This document shows positions 37,319 through 47,759 of a stretch of 64,000 nucleotides of DNA, one piece after another. Source of the stretch: Chlamydiia bacterium (lineage in GTDB: Bacteria > Chlamydiota > Chlamydiia > Chlamydiales > GCA-2402025). The first letter of the stretch is position 1, and each line of letters starts with the position of its first letter. Where the stretch lies: the NCBI GenBank assembly GCA_022601395.1, contig JAJACS010000008.1, positions 1,203-65,202 of the forward strand. Direction: 5' to 3'. The notes under the pieces are model-generated. The model had not been told where the DNA came from. It made no database searches and saw only the letters and a program-made list of their open reading frames with translations. A program made the position numbers and the translations under genes.

Positions 37319-37341
37319 AGAGTAGCGACTCTCTATTTTTT
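37315..37341. terminator. Bidirectional hairpin spanning both convergent stop codons (lptD and def)
   Basis: ATAGAGAGT-AGCG-ACTCTCTAT followed by TTTTT. Confidence 0.65.
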
Positions 37342-37866
37342 ATCGTTGTATCTTTTCTTGATTTTTTTTAGCTGAGAACGCAGAGCTGATTTTCTATGCG
37401 GAGGTGCTCTATCGATAGATAGTACACCATTTAAATGGTCATTTTCATGAAGCCTTGGCCTTGCCATCCAAAGTTTTAGATTTTCTTCAAATGGCTTTCC
37501 ATTTTCATCAAGAGCTTCTACTTTTATTGCAGTAGGTCGTGGCACATCTTCATAGATTTTTGGAAGTGAAAGACACCCTTCTTGCTCTACCCAAACAGTC
37601 GGGTCAGTGACAGTGATCTTTGGGTTAATATATACTTGAGGAGAACCATAGACAGGATACCCTTGCCCATCTACAGATCTAACTGTTGTTATGAATATAC
37701 GGAGAGGAACACCTACTTGAATTGCAGCAAGTCCCATCCCATTGTGGGAATACATCACCTTTATCATTTCTTTTACAAATGCTCGAATCTCATCATTCAC
37801 CTCTTTTACAGGCTCTGATTTCTCCCTAAGAGCAGCATTCCCAAAGTAGCATAGTTTATACTTCAT
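37333..37866 (-). CDS. def: Peptide deformylase
   Basis: GMGLAAIQVG, EGCLSLP, HENDHLNG. Confidence 0.97.
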   Translation of the reverse strand: MKYKLCYFGNAALREKSEPVKEVNDEIRAFVKEMIKVMYSHNGMGLAAIQVGVPLRIFITTVRSVDGQGYPVYGSPQVYINPKITVTDPTVWVEQEGCLSLPKIYEDVPRPTAIKVEALDENGKPFEENLKLWMARPRLHENDHLNGVLSIDRAPPHRKSALRSQLKKIKKRYNDKK

Positions 37867-37874
37867 CCTACTAA

Positions 37875-38165
37875 CTACTGCCCAGCTGTTTGTTCAATAG
37901 ATGTAGGTAGAGACATATTTGGCTTGATCGTTCCTGTTGACCAAATCGATAGAACAATACAGATAATCATGAAAATCACAGCTAAATAGCCTGTAAACTT
38001 CTTTAATACATCTGCTGTTGATGTTCCAAATAGAGAATCTCCTGAATCGCCACCAAACGACGCTCCAAGGCCCATGCTCTTACTTTCTTGAAGCAAGATT
38101 ACAAGGCTTAGTATGCCGCAGATTAGAAGAAACAGAAAGATAGTTCCGTAAAATAAAAATGTCAT
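37875..38165 (-). CDS. secG: Preprotein translocase subunit SecG
   Basis: ILLQESKSMGLGASFGG..DSLFG..T, two TMs, downstream of tpiA. Confidence 0.93.
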   Translation of the reverse strand: MTFLFYGTIFLFLLICGILSLVILLQESKSMGLGASFGGDSGDSLFGTSTADVLKKFTGYLAVIFMIICIVLSIWSTGTIKPNMSLPTSIEQTAGQ

Positions 38166-38929
38166 GATTTGGTTTCCCTTGATATATTTACAATCTTAGC
38201 AAATGACTCAACATTTAATGAGGCTCCTCCAACGAGTGCTCCATCAATGTCAGGCATTTTAATTAACTCTTTTATTGTGTCTGGGTTCACCGATCCACCA
38301 TACAAAATAGGTGTCCGGAAAGCGTTTTTCTCTCCCCATTTCTCACGAATGAAACCTCTGATCACACTATGCACTTCTTGTGCAATTTCAGGAGTCGCTG
38401 CATGTCCTGTACCTATTGCCCAAACAGGCTCATAAGCAACAATAACAGCAGAAGCTTCATTCTCATTAAGAGAGCCCATAGCTTTTTCAAGCTGGTTTAG
38501 AAGAACCTTTTCTGTCTGCCCTGATTCTTTTTGCTCTTGAGTTTCCCCAACGCAAAGAACAGGAGCAAGTCCTCCTAAAATCGCTCGGTATACTTTTTCT
38601 TTAATCATTTCATCATCTTCATGATAAAACATTCTTCTTTCAGAGTGCCCTATTAAAGTAAACTGACCTCCAGAATCCTGAATCATGGTTGTTGAAACCT
38701 CACCCGTATAGGCACCACTCTCAAATTGAGATACATTCTGAGAGCCTATTTCTATTTCTGTACCTCTTGAAGCATCGCTTGCAACCTTAAGAAGTGTTGA
38801 GGGGACAGAGAGACAAACCCTGCCTTGACTCTGAGAAAGCATGGAAGGTAGCTTCACAATGAAATCAACTGTTTCCTTGATTTTCATATTCATCTTCCAG
38901 TTTCCGATAACAACAGCTGGCCTACTCAT
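38162..38929 (-). CDS. tpiA: Triosephosphate isomerase
   Basis: GNWKMN, GAYTGEVS, IGHSERR, AYEPVWAIGTG, LYGGSV, DGALVGGASL. Confidence 0.98.
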   Translation of the reverse strand: MSRPAVVIGNWKMNMKIKETVDFIVKLPSMLSQSQGRVCLSVPSTLLKVASDASRGTEIEIGSQNVSQFESGAYTGEVSTTMIQDSGGQFTLIGHSERRMFYHEDDEMIKEKVYRAILGGLAPVLCVGETQEQKESGQTEKVLLNQLEKAMGSLNENEASAVIVAYEPVWAIGTGHAATPEIAQEVHSVIRGFIREKWGEKNAFRTPILYGGSVNPDTIKELIKMPDIDGALVGGASLNVESFAKIVNISRETKS

Positions 38930-39077
38930 GAAATTCCTACATGGGTAATCATTAAAGTTAAGAATTGTACGAAATTTTTAGTACTAGAATCAAGTTTTAA
39001 AAATATCCTACTTGATGTTAGCCTAACATAAATGTGCGTTTGCTTAAATCATTTCTACCATTTGAAAGAAACCTTAT

Positions 39078-40418
39078 ATGTCTGCGATATCAACTAAAGT
39101 TTATACCGTCTCCGAGATCACTCAAGCGATCAAGCAACACCTTGAGCCGAGATTCTTTCATATTTGCCTAAAAGGCGAAATTACTAATTTCAAAAAGCAG
39201 TCATCTGGCCACCTTTATTTTAATCTAAAAGACGACCATTCTCAGATTTCATGCGTCCTATTTAGAGGCAATGCCGTAAAGCTCGACAAGGAGCCTAAAG
39301 CAGGTGACATGGTCATGATCAAGGGATCGATCAGCGTATATGCCCCACGAGGAAGCTATCAAGTGATTGCTCAAGAGCTTGTCTATGAGGGCGTAGGAGA
39401 TCTTCTCCTCATGCTCCATGAGCTGAAGAAAAAGTACCACCAAAAAGGATACTTCGAACCCTCTGCCAAAAAGCCCCTACCCAAATACCCTAAGACTATA
39501 GGGGTCATCACAAGCCCAACAGGTGCTGTTATTCAAGATATCCTCCATGTGCTAAAAAGAAGGTTCAAGGGCTTTCAGCTCATTTTAAACCCAGTAAAAG
39601 TACAGGGTGAAGGTGCTGATGTTGAGATTGCTAAGGCTATCGATGACTTTAACCGCTTTAAGCTCGTCGATGTTATGATTGTAGGAAGAGGCGGCGGTTC
39701 TTTGGAAGACCTCTTTGCTTTTAACAAAGAATGCGTAATAGAAGCTATTTTCAAATCCGATATCCCCATAATCGCAGCTATTGGCCATGAGACAGATGTT
39801 TCACTTGCAGATTTTGTTGCAGACGTTAGGGCTCCAACGCCATCTAGTGCTGCAGAACTTGCTGTAAAAGAAAAGTCCCAGCAGCAAGAATTCCTTTTAA
39901 ACGCAGATCAACACTGCCTGAATTCTTTAAGACAGCTACTAAAACAGTGTAAGCTTAAAATGCGAGCAATTACCACGCAGAGGGTCTTTACAACACCAGA
40001 TGCGCTACTTGGCCCCTACTCTCAAGCTCTTGATGATATTACCTTGAAAATAGATGAGCTCGCTGGAAAGCAGACAGAAATCAGAGCGCTGCATTTAGCA
40101 GGATATGCAAAACAGCTTGCCGCATTTATGCCAGGGAGGCAGCTACAGTCACATAGGGAAAATCTCAGAAGGTACGCAGAGTGGCTTTCTGAAAATGTGC
40201 AGAAACAAATAGCCTACAGAAAAGAGCGCCTAATAGCCTTAGAAAAGCTTATCAGCTCATTATCACCTACAAATATTTTAAAAAAAGGTTACTGCATTCC
40301 CTTTGCTGAAAACACATCTTCAGTTATTATTTCTGCAAAACAACTACATGAGAACGACCCTATCACCTTGCAATTCCATGATGGCAAGGTAGGAACAATC
40401 GTGAAAAAAGGAACCTAA
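39078..40418 (+). CDS. xseA: Exodeoxyribonuclease VII large subunit
   Basis: GEITNF..SSGHLYF.LKD, ITSPTGAVIQDI, RGGGSLEDL, GHETD, RAPTPS. Confidence 0.97.
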   Translation: MSAISTKVYTVSEITQAIKQHLEPRFFHICLKGEITNFKKQSSGHLYFNLKDDHSQISCVLFRGNAVKLDKEPKAGDMVMIKGSISVYAPRGSYQVIAQELVYEGVGDLLLMLHELKKKYHQKGYFEPSAKKPLPKYPKTIGVITSPTGAVIQDILHVLKRRFKGFQLILNPVKVQGEGADVEIAKAIDDFNRFKLVDVMIVGRGGGSLEDLFAFNKECVIEAIFKSDIPIIAAIGHETDVSLADFVADVRAPTPSSAAELAVKEKSQQQEFLLNADQHCLNSLRQLLKQCKLKMRAITTQRVFTTPDALLGPYSQALDDITLKIDELAGKQTEIRALHLAGYAKQLAAFMPGRQLQSHRENLRRYAEWLSENVQKQIAYRKERLIALEKLISSLSPTNILKKGYCIPFAENTSSVIISAKQLHENDPITLQFHDGKVGTIVKKGT

Positions 40419-40419
40419 T

Positions 40420-40707
40420 ATGAATAAAGAAGAGCACAGTTTTGAACAGGCGTACGCTCGTTTAGAAGAAATCATGCAAAAACTTAATACTTCTCAGACA
40501 TCATTGGAAGACTCTATAAAGCTCTATGAAGAAGCCGACCATCTGATCAAAACTTGTAATAAAAAGCTTGTAAACGCTGAGCAAAAAGTGCAAAAGCTTA
40601 TCAAAACGCGAGATGCAAGTGTTGCAACAACTCCTGAAGGCGCTCCACAGATGGAATCATTTAATCCCGTGCAAGAGCAATACATAAACAGAAATATACC
40701 AAGCTAA
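40420..40707 (+). CDS. xseB: Exodeoxyribonuclease VII small subunit
   Basis: FEQA..RLEEI...L....SLE.SI.LYEE...L...C...L..AEQKV. Confidence 0.93.
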   Translation: MNKEEHSFEQAYARLEEIMQKLNTSQTSLEDSIKLYEEADHLIKTCNKKLVNAEQKVQKLIKTRDASVATTPEGAPQMESFNPVQEQYINRNIPS

Positions 40708-40710
40708 GCG

Positions 40711-42609
40711 ATGAAGTCTTTTTTAGAACGTATTGTAAACCCTAGTGAAATCAAGTCCCTATCTTACGAGCAGCTTGAGATATTAGCTCTTGAGCTAAGA
40801 GAGCGTATTATTGAGGTGATGTCTATAAATGGCGGTCATCTAGCGTCAAATCTAGGGGTGATAGAGCTTACAATAGCTCTTCATAAGGTTTTTGACTCAC
40901 CTGACGATAAGTTCATCTTTGACACCTCACACCAGGTATATGCTCACAAAATCCTAACCGGAAGAAACGATAAGTTTTCCACAATAAGGAAACATAAAGG
41001 GCTTTCTGGATTTTCAAGTCCAGCAGAATCCCCTCACGATCATTTCTATGCGGGCCACGCAGGAACAGCTCTTTCTTTGGCTCTTGGAGTCGCAAAAGCA
41101 AGAGATCTTAATAAAGAAGATTCCTATGTTATCCCTGTGCTTGGAGATGCAGCCCTCACTTGCGGCCTTACTCATGAAGCGCTGAATAACGTTCCTAAAA
41201 ACATGAAGAACTTTATTTTGATTTTGAACGACAACGCAATGGCTATCTCTAAAAATGTAGGAGCCATTACTGGGATATTAAGTCGCTTTTTTAATCATCC
41301 AATGTCCAATAAACTTTATGGAGAAATCGAGTCTCTACTAGCAAAGATCCCAGGTTGTGGAGAACTCATCGCATCTGGTGGAAGTAAGCTCAAAGAATCC
41401 CTTAAAAACCTCATCAGCACCGCACCGTTCTTTGAGCAATACGGCCTTTCTTATATAGGCCCGATAGACGGACATGACATTAAAAAAATGAGCTCAGCTC
41501 TTGAGGCTGCAAAAAACCTGCAAACACCCTGCATCATCCATGCCTTAACTACCAAAGGCCAAGGGATGCCCAATGCGATCAAAAATCCAACGACCTATCA
41601 TGGCGTTAAACCATTTGATCTTGAAACAGGAAAATTTCTTCCAAATCCAACTGTAAGACCTACCTTCCCAAAAGTCTTTGGGAAACACATGCTTGAAATG
41701 GCAGAAAAAGATGAAGACATCGTTGTACTTACCCCCGCGATGCCAGCAGGTTCTTGCCTAACCCCTCTTATGAAAAAGTATCCTGAAAGATGTCTCGATG
41801 TAGGCATTGCAGAGGGCCACTGCGTTACCTTTGCTGGTGGACTTGCCTATAAAAGCAACAAGAAGATTGTATGCTCTATCTATGCGACTTTCTTACAAAG
41901 AGCCTTAGACAACCTCTTTCATGATGTTTGTCTACAAAAACTCCCTGTTGTATTTGCCTTAGATAGAGGCGGGATTGCAGGCGGTGACGGTGCCACTCAC
42001 AACGGCATCTATGACATATCCTTTCTTAACGCAATGCCTAATATGGTCATTGCTCAACCAAGAAATGGACACCTTTTAAAGGAAGTCCTGGAGAGCGCTT
42101 TCACATATAACCAGCCGGTAGCAGTTAGGTATCCAAACCTTCCTACAGAAGAATTTGAGCTACCTATACAAAGAAGACTTCTTGGAAAGGGTGAAGTTCT
42201 CATCAAAGGAGAGCAAATTGCTATTATTGCACTTGGGCATAAATGTGAAACTGCACTTGAAGTAAGAGCTCTTCTTGAAAACGAAGGAATCAATGCAACA
42301 GTGATTGATCCAGTCTTTGTTAAGCCTCTCGATAAGGAACTACTCTACCGAGTATTTATGACTCATCCATATATTGTAACACTAGAAGAACATGCAGTGA
42401 ACGCTGGCCTTGGACAAATTATCAACCAGTTTGCTATAGAGAATGGATTCAACGAATCCCAGATATTGAACATTGGGATCCCTGAAGTTTATTTAGAACA
42501 TGGTAGCCATAGTGAGCTCACAAAAGAAGCCAAGCTTGACGCTGAAAGTGTCAAAACGAGGATCCATGAGCACTACTTTGTGAAACCTGCAACTTATGCA
42601 ACAATATGA
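40711..42609 (+). CDS. dxs: 1-deoxy-D-xylulose-5-phosphate synthase
   Basis: [58 protein letters not shown]. Confidence 0.97.
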   Translation: MKSFLERIVNPSEIKSLSYEQLEILALELRERIIEVMSINGGHLASNLGVIELTIALHKVFDSPDDKFIFDTSHQVYAHKILTGRNDKFSTIRKHKGLSGFSSPAESPHDHFYAGHAGTALSLALGVAKARDLNKEDSYVIPVLGDAALTCGLTHEALNNVPKNMKNFILILNDNAMAISKNVGAITGILSRFFNHPMSNKLYGEIESLLAKIPGCGELIASGGSKLKESLKNLISTAPFFEQYGLSYIGPIDGHDIKKMSSALEAAKNLQTPCIIHALTTKGQGMPNAIKNPTTYHGVKPFDLETGKFLPNPTVRPTFPKVFGKHMLEMAEKDEDIVVLTPAMPAGSCLTPLMKKYPERCLDVGIAEGHCVTFAGGLAYKSNKKIVCSIYATFLQRALDNLFHDVCLQKLPVVFALDRGGIAGGDGATHNGIYDISFLNAMPNMVIAQPRNGHLLKEVLESAFTYNQPVAVRYPNLPTEEFELPIQRRLLGKGEVLIKGEQIAIIALGHKCETALEVRALLENEGINATVIDPVFVKPLDKELLYRVFMTHPYIVTLEEHAVNAGLGQIINQFAIENGFNESQILNIGIPEVYLEHGSHSELTKEAKLDAESVKTRIHEHYFVKPATYATI

Positions 42610-43445
42610 TTATAGCTTTATTTCCAAGTCACTCCCATAAAGACTCCGACGATCTCTGCAAGCAGATTTTAGAGTTTTTTAAACAAAACAATATTACAGT
42701 TGTTGCAGAAGAGGGTGATGCAGAACGGTTGAACATACCAAGATTGGACAGTGTTGACCAAAAGGAAATCAAATTCCTTCTTTCCATGGGCGGCGATGGC
42801 ACCATCCTAAATATCGCACACAGACATATGAACCTTGATGCGGCAATCCTTGGCATCAACCTTGGGCATCTTGGCTTTATGGCTGATATACCCATCTCCG
42901 ATGTAAAAGCTAGCTTAGAAGACCTTCTTTCAGGAGCCTACACAATAGAAGATCGCATAATTATCGAAGGTACAACCCCTGATAATAAAACCTCCTATGT
43001 AATGAATGACTTTGTCATCCATAGGGCTAAGAACTCCTCTTTAATCGAACTTTCCATTTATGTGGATGACCTTTATTTAAACACCTTCGAAGCAGATGGT
43101 ATCATTTTATCTACACCTAACGGCTCAACAGCATACTCTCTTGCCGCAGGAGGCCCGATTTTATCGCCGAGTTTAAATGGTGTTGTCATCACACCTATCT
43201 GTCCTCATACAATTTCTAATAGACCCATCGTACTGACAACAGACCATAACATTAAAATTGAATATTTAAGTGAATACGATCCCATCGAAGTTGTTGCCGA
43301 TGGTCTCGAGCATTTCCAACTAAAACAAAGAGAATGTTTTACATTCAAAAAAAGCGATAAAGTCTTTAAACTTGTTAATCTAAATCGTAGAGACTACTTC
43401 TCTACTCTAAGAACCAAATTGGGATGGTCTGGGAAACTGCGGTGA
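42606..43445 (+). CDS. nadK: NAD kinase
   Basis: [45 protein letters not shown]. Confidence 0.96.
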   Translation: MIIALFPSHSHKDSDDLCKQILEFFKQNNITVVAEEGDAERLNIPRLDSVDQKEIKFLLSMGGDGTILNIAHRHMNLDAAILGINLGHLGFMADIPISDVKASLEDLLSGAYTIEDRIIIEGTTPDNKTSYVMNDFVIHRAKNSSLIELSIYVDDLYLNTFEADGIILSTPNGSTAYSLAAGGPILSPSLNGVVITPICPHTISNRPIVLTTDHNIKIEYLSEYDPIEVVADGLEHFQLKQRECFTFKKSDKVFKLVNLNRRDYFSTLRTKLGWSGKLR

Positions 43446-43449
43446 TATT

Positions 43450-45678
43450 ATGGCACAGCAATCAACTCTAAAGGCAGAAGGGCAAACATATAGCCCCTTT
43501 ACAGCAGTATTCCTTCCTATATTCCTTACTCTTCTAGGAGTCTCTTTTTTTCTAAGACTTGGTTGGATTGTAGGGGTAGCTGGACCTTTAAAGACTCTCG
43601 GCATCATTACACTTGCGACCCTTATCTCTTTTATTACAGCTTTTTCTCTCTCAGCAACAGCAACCAATATTCGCATAAAAACAGGTGGAATCTATTTTCT
43701 TCTTTCAAGAACTTTTGGAATAGAAATAGGAACGGCGATAAGCTTTCCGCTCTACATCGCTCAAACTTTTGGCGTCGCCTTTTATGTAACAGGATTTGCA
43801 GAAGCTTTGCATATTCTTGCGCCTCACCTGCCAACAAAAGAGATCGCTCTTTGCAGCTTGGGCTTCATAACACTCATCGCCTTCATCTCCTCAAAGGTAG
43901 CTCTTAAAGCCCAGCTATTTATTTTCCTATGCGTCGCTCTTGCCCTTCTCAGCTTTTACTTCGGAGGGTTTATCCCCAAAGGGCCTACTCATGTAGCAAT
44001 AGATCACACAAGCATGCTTCACCCTAAATCCTTTTGGATACTCTTCGCTGTATTTTTTCCATCTGTGACAGGGATTGAAGGAGGTCTTGCCCTTGCAACA
44101 AACCTAAAAAACCCATCTAAAACACTACCCTTTGCCACAATTGCCGCTGTATGTGTCGCCTTTATCATCTACATAAGCGTGGCTCTACTTTTATACTTTA
44201 GAGTACCAAATGAGCTTCTTGTATCAAATTCACTTATCATGCAAGAAGTAGCTATAGTACCGCAAATCGTTATCATAGGTATCCTCGGCTCTACAATATC
44301 TGCGGCTCTTGCAACTATTATAAGCGCCTCAAAAACTGTGCAGGCTTTCTCAGACGACGGCATCATCCCTAAATTTTTTGGTAGAGTATATGGAAAGTCC
44401 TCTTTCCCAAAAATCGCTCTAGTCCTATCTAGTTTACTTGCTTTTTTAGGAGTATCTCTTGGTGGCATAGACACGATAGCGCCTATCCTTTCCATGTTCT
44501 TCTTAATCTCCTATGGTATGTTAAATGCTGCAACAGCAATAGAGGGTATGATTGCAAACCCAAGCTATAGGCCAACCCTAAAAATGCCTTGGATACTCTC
44601 TTTTTTAGGGGCCTTGCTCTGTCTTTTCGTTATGCTACTTATCAATGCAGCAACATCGATCGTTGCTATAGTTCTTGTGATCGGCGTATATTTCCTTATG
44701 AAACAAAGACACATGCCAACTTCTTGGGAAGACCTCCGCTATAGCATCCTTCTGTTCTTCTCAAGGTTTGCCATCTACGGCCTTACGAACTTCAAACCCT
44801 CTCCAAAAACATGGAGGCCCAACCTCCTTGTATTTGTAGGAGATCCCCTTCTTCGCGCGCATTTAATAGAGCTTACAAGCGCTCTAACGCATAAGAAAGG
44901 GTTTTTGATTATGGCTTCGATCTCAAGTAAAAACTCTTCCTATGTTGCAGATGCTTCTGTTGAAGAGCACAAACTACAAATGTTTCTCAAAAAAGCAAAA
45001 GTACCTGCTCTTATTAAAACTTATAAAGATGAGTCTCTCGAGCAAGGTCTTAAACAGCTTATTGAAAATACAGGCATAGGACCTCTAACTCCAAACACCT
45101 TTGTTCTTGGAGCATCTAACAAAAAAGAAAAGATTCCTATTTTTACAGAAACAATTTTCACAGCCTATAAGAAGAAGAAAAACCTTCTTATTATTAGAGA
45201 GAGAAACCTAAAAGAGCGACTACTTATCAAAAAACACTGGAATAGAGATAAAAGAATTGATGTTTGGTGGGCTGGTGGCTGTAAAAACAACTCAGAACTC
45301 ATGCTTGTTATGGCGTTTATGCTACAAACAAGTGCTGACTGGAGAGGAGCAAAACTCACTCTTAAAACAGCTGTATGTCTTGAGGAAGACATCCCGCTTA
45401 TGGAGAAAAAACTGAAGGAGTTTTCTACCTCTTCTAGACTATCCTTCTTAACAGAAGTCGTTCACCATAAAGAGGGTGATATCTTAAAGGACACTATCAA
45501 AACCGCCTCTTCTAAGGCAGATCTTGTGTTCCTTGGCATAAGAGCCCCTTCTGATGGGGAAACCAAAGAATCCTTCTCTAAGTACTATGAAGAACTCTTA
45601 GAAAGAACCAAAGAGTTCCCTCCGATCGCCTATATACTCGCAGGCGAAGACCTAGAGTTCTCAGAAATCCTAGATTAA
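43450..45678 (+). CDS. Cation-chloride cotransporter (SLC12/CCC family, APC superfamily)
   Basis: LGV.FFLRLGWIVG.AG, GGIYFLLSR..G.E.G, FAVFFPSVTGI, MFFLISYG..N, WRPNLLV, IDVWW; about 12 TMs plus a soluble C-terminal domain. Confidence 0.85.
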   Translation: MAQQSTLKAEGQTYSPFTAVFLPIFLTLLGVSFFLRLGWIVGVAGPLKTLGIITLATLISFITAFSLSATATNIRIKTGGIYFLLSRTFGIEIGTAISFPLYIAQTFGVAFYVTGFAEALHILAPHLPTKEIALCSLGFITLIAFISSKVALKAQLFIFLCVALALLSFYFGGFIPKGPTHVAIDHTSMLHPKSFWILFAVFFPSVTGIEGGLALATNLKNPSKTLPFATIAAVCVAFIIYISVALLLYFRVPNELLVSNSLIMQEVAIVPQIVIIGILGSTISAALATIISASKTVQAFSDDGIIPKFFGRVYGKSSFPKIALVLSSLLAFLGVSLGGIDTIAPILSMFFLISYGMLNAATAIEGMIANPSYRPTLKMPWILSFLGALLCLFVMLLINAATSIVAIVLVIGVYFLMKQRHMPTSWEDLRYSILLFFSRFAIYGLTNFKPSPKTWRPNLLVFVGDPLLRAHLIELTSALTHKKGFLIMASISSKNSSYVADASVEEHKLQMFLKKAKVPALIKTYKDESLEQGLKQLIENTGIGPLTPNTFVLGASNKKEKIPIFTETIFTAYKKKKNLLIIRERNLKERLLIKKHWNRDKRIDVWWAGGCKNNSELMLVMAFMLQTSADWRGAKLTLKTAVCLEEDIPLMEKKLKEFSTSSRLSFLTEVVHHKEGDILKDTIKTASSKADLVFLGIRAPSDGETKESFSKYYEELLERTKEFPPIAYILAGEDLEFSEILD

Positions 45679-45835
45679 GCTAGCTATGCCCTATTCTCTC
45701 TACCCTTGACTAAAAACAAAATAAAATAGTTATTATATATTTTTCGTAATAAATAATATTTAATACTGTTTTTAACATTAATTTTAACTTGAATTATGGT
45801 ATAATAAATATTCATTATTTAACATTTTTATTAAC

Positions 45836-46645
45836 ATGATTACAGTAGAAAATATTCCCACTATTTTTGAGTGTTCCTATTTAGCAGCAAAAGAAGATGT
45901 CTTAAGCAGAGAGGAGTTCCAAGGTATTGGAAGCTATTCCTTTCAACATCTTAAAAAGATTCCTCTTATCATAAACGAGCTTTTCAAAAATATTTTTAAC
46001 TGCGTTGGAACCATTGGAGGAAAATCAGGTCTCTCTGTTGACGCTCATAAAAAGAGAAAAGAGTGGTACAACTCTAAATTTATAGAACTTAAAAAAGACT
46101 TAAATTCTACAGATAAGAAAATCTTCGTAAACATCGTTTGCTCAAGAGACTGGAATGGTTATATCTATGGACAAACAGCTTCTATGTTTCAGTATCAAAA
46201 GGTTTTAAAGAAAGCGCAAAAATCTTTTGCTGTTTACGGCGAAATAGCGAGTACAAATAAAGACATACATGACATTATCTCTAAAATAAAAAGCAATTAT
46301 CCAGATAGAGAAATCGCTGCAGTAAACCTTCTTGCTCATACAAGAGGATTTGGAGCCTATAGCGACGATCTAAGGATGGCATTTTCGCAACTTGATAAGG
46401 ACACTCCTGTTATACTTTCATCCTGCAAAACAGTTGAACACAAAAACAATGGTTATGCTGAATACTTATCAGCAAAGTGTCCAAATATCATAGTAGCTGG
46501 CAGCGATAAAGTCGTTATAGGTACAAAGTTAGATATAAGTGAGAATCGCGTAAAATCATGTAAATTTCCTATAGGTTTATTTTGTGATGCATCTAACTAT
46601 GTACTGAAAGAAGGAGAAGTGATTTCAAGAGGATCACTAGCATAA
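45836..46645 (+). CDS. Orphan protein with a possible caspase-hemoglobinase (clan CD) His-Cys fold
   Basis: DWNG...VNLLAH...F..L.....VILSSCKT...A..LS...P...V.G; AT-rich leader with TGGTATAAT at 45797-45805. Confidence 0.6.
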   Translation: MITVENIPTIFECSYLAAKEDVLSREEFQGIGSYSFQHLKKIPLIINELFKNIFNCVGTIGGKSGLSVDAHKKRKEWYNSKFIELKKDLNSTDKKIFVNIVCSRDWNGYIYGQTASMFQYQKVLKKAQKSFAVYGEIASTNKDIHDIISKIKSNYPDREIAAVNLLAHTRGFGAYSDDLRMAFSQLDKDTPVILSSCKTVEHKNNGYAEYLSAKCPNIIVAGSDKVVIGTKLDISENRVKSCKFPIGLFCDASNYVLKEGEVISRGSLA

Positions 46646-46711
46646 AACATACAGTCTCTTAGCCACCCCTAGAATCTTACTTTCTTCCTGATCCAAAACT
46701 AGAGGAGCTAT

Positions 46712-47734
46712 CTAGTAGCTCCATGTATCCAGCTTAACTTTTCCTCTAAAGATCCTATAGATCCACCAACCATATGCGATTACAAGCGGTACTCCAATGC
46801 CTGCAACTGTTAGGATGATTCTAAGTGTGTACTTAGAAGATGCTGCATTGTATAGCGTGATACTATTCAAAACAGGATCCATACTTGATCTTATAAGGTT
46901 TGGGTAAACTCCCATACCAAAAAGCACAAGTAAAAAGAAAATGGCACCAGCGGAAGATAAGAATGCCCAGCCACCTTCATGCTTCCTTAGACATCTTGGT
47001 ATATTTGCAATAAGAAGCATTGCACAAAGTCCTATTGCATAAAGATAAGGCATCTCTCGCATAAGGTCATGCATGTGCGGCATGAATGTTAGTGTCCCAA
47101 GGGTAAGCGTCACATAGGATATAATAAAGAATACCATCGTAGAGATGGACCAAACACTTACTTTATTATGAAACTCCCCTTCTGTTTTCATCGCAAGATA
47201 AATGCAGCCATGCATCATGAAAAGAGCAATCCCTGTAATCCCCATAAGAATTGTGTAAGGTGTAAAAAATGACCAGAATGAACCATGGAATACTCCTTCT
47301 GCATCTATCGGAATACCTTTAACAAGGTTTCCTAGTAAAACTCCCAAAACAAAAGAAATGACATAGCTTGAAATAGAGAACATAGCATCCCAAAAATGTC
47401 TCCAACGCATGCTATGTAGCTTAGAGCGAAATTCTATTGATACCGCTCTAAAGATGATCCCCGCTAAGAAAATCATAAAAGGAACATAAAATGCTGAACA
47501 AAGAGTTGCATATGCAGCAGGAAAACCTGCAAGAAGGCCTCCTCCAACAATAATGATCCAAACTTCATTCCCATCCCATACAGGACCTATCGCATTTAGC
47601 ATGAGTCTTCTTTCCTCATCATGTGATGTGAAAAGGTGCACCATTCCGACTCCTAAATCAAAACCATCCAGGATTACATAAGCAACCACTGAAAGACAGA
47701 TCACACAGTACCAAATTAATTCTAGCGTAAACAT
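46712..47734 (-). CDS. cydB: Cytochrome bd ubiquinol oxidase subunit II
   Basis: YVILDGFDLGVG, IGPVWDGNEVW, FPAAYA, RAVSIEFRSK, YRIFRGKV. Confidence 0.97.
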   Translation of the reverse strand: MFTLELIWYCVICLSVVAYVILDGFDLGVGMVHLFTSHDEERRLMLNAIGPVWDGNEVWIIIVGGGLLAGFPAAYATLCSAFYVPFMIFLAGIIFRAVSIEFRSKLHSMRWRHFWDAMFSISSYVISFVLGVLLGNLVKGIPIDAEGVFHGSFWSFFTPYTILMGITGIALFMMHGCIYLAMKTEGEFHNKVSVWSISTMVFFIISYVTLTLGTLTFMPHMHDLMREMPYLYAIGLCAMLLIANIPRCLRKHEGGWAFLSSAGAIFFLLVLFGMGVYPNLIRSSMDPVLNSITLYNAASSKYTLRIILTVAGIGVPLVIAYGWWIYRIFRGKVKLDTWSY

Positions 47735-47759
47735 ATATTCCTGTTCCTAAGTTTAAATT

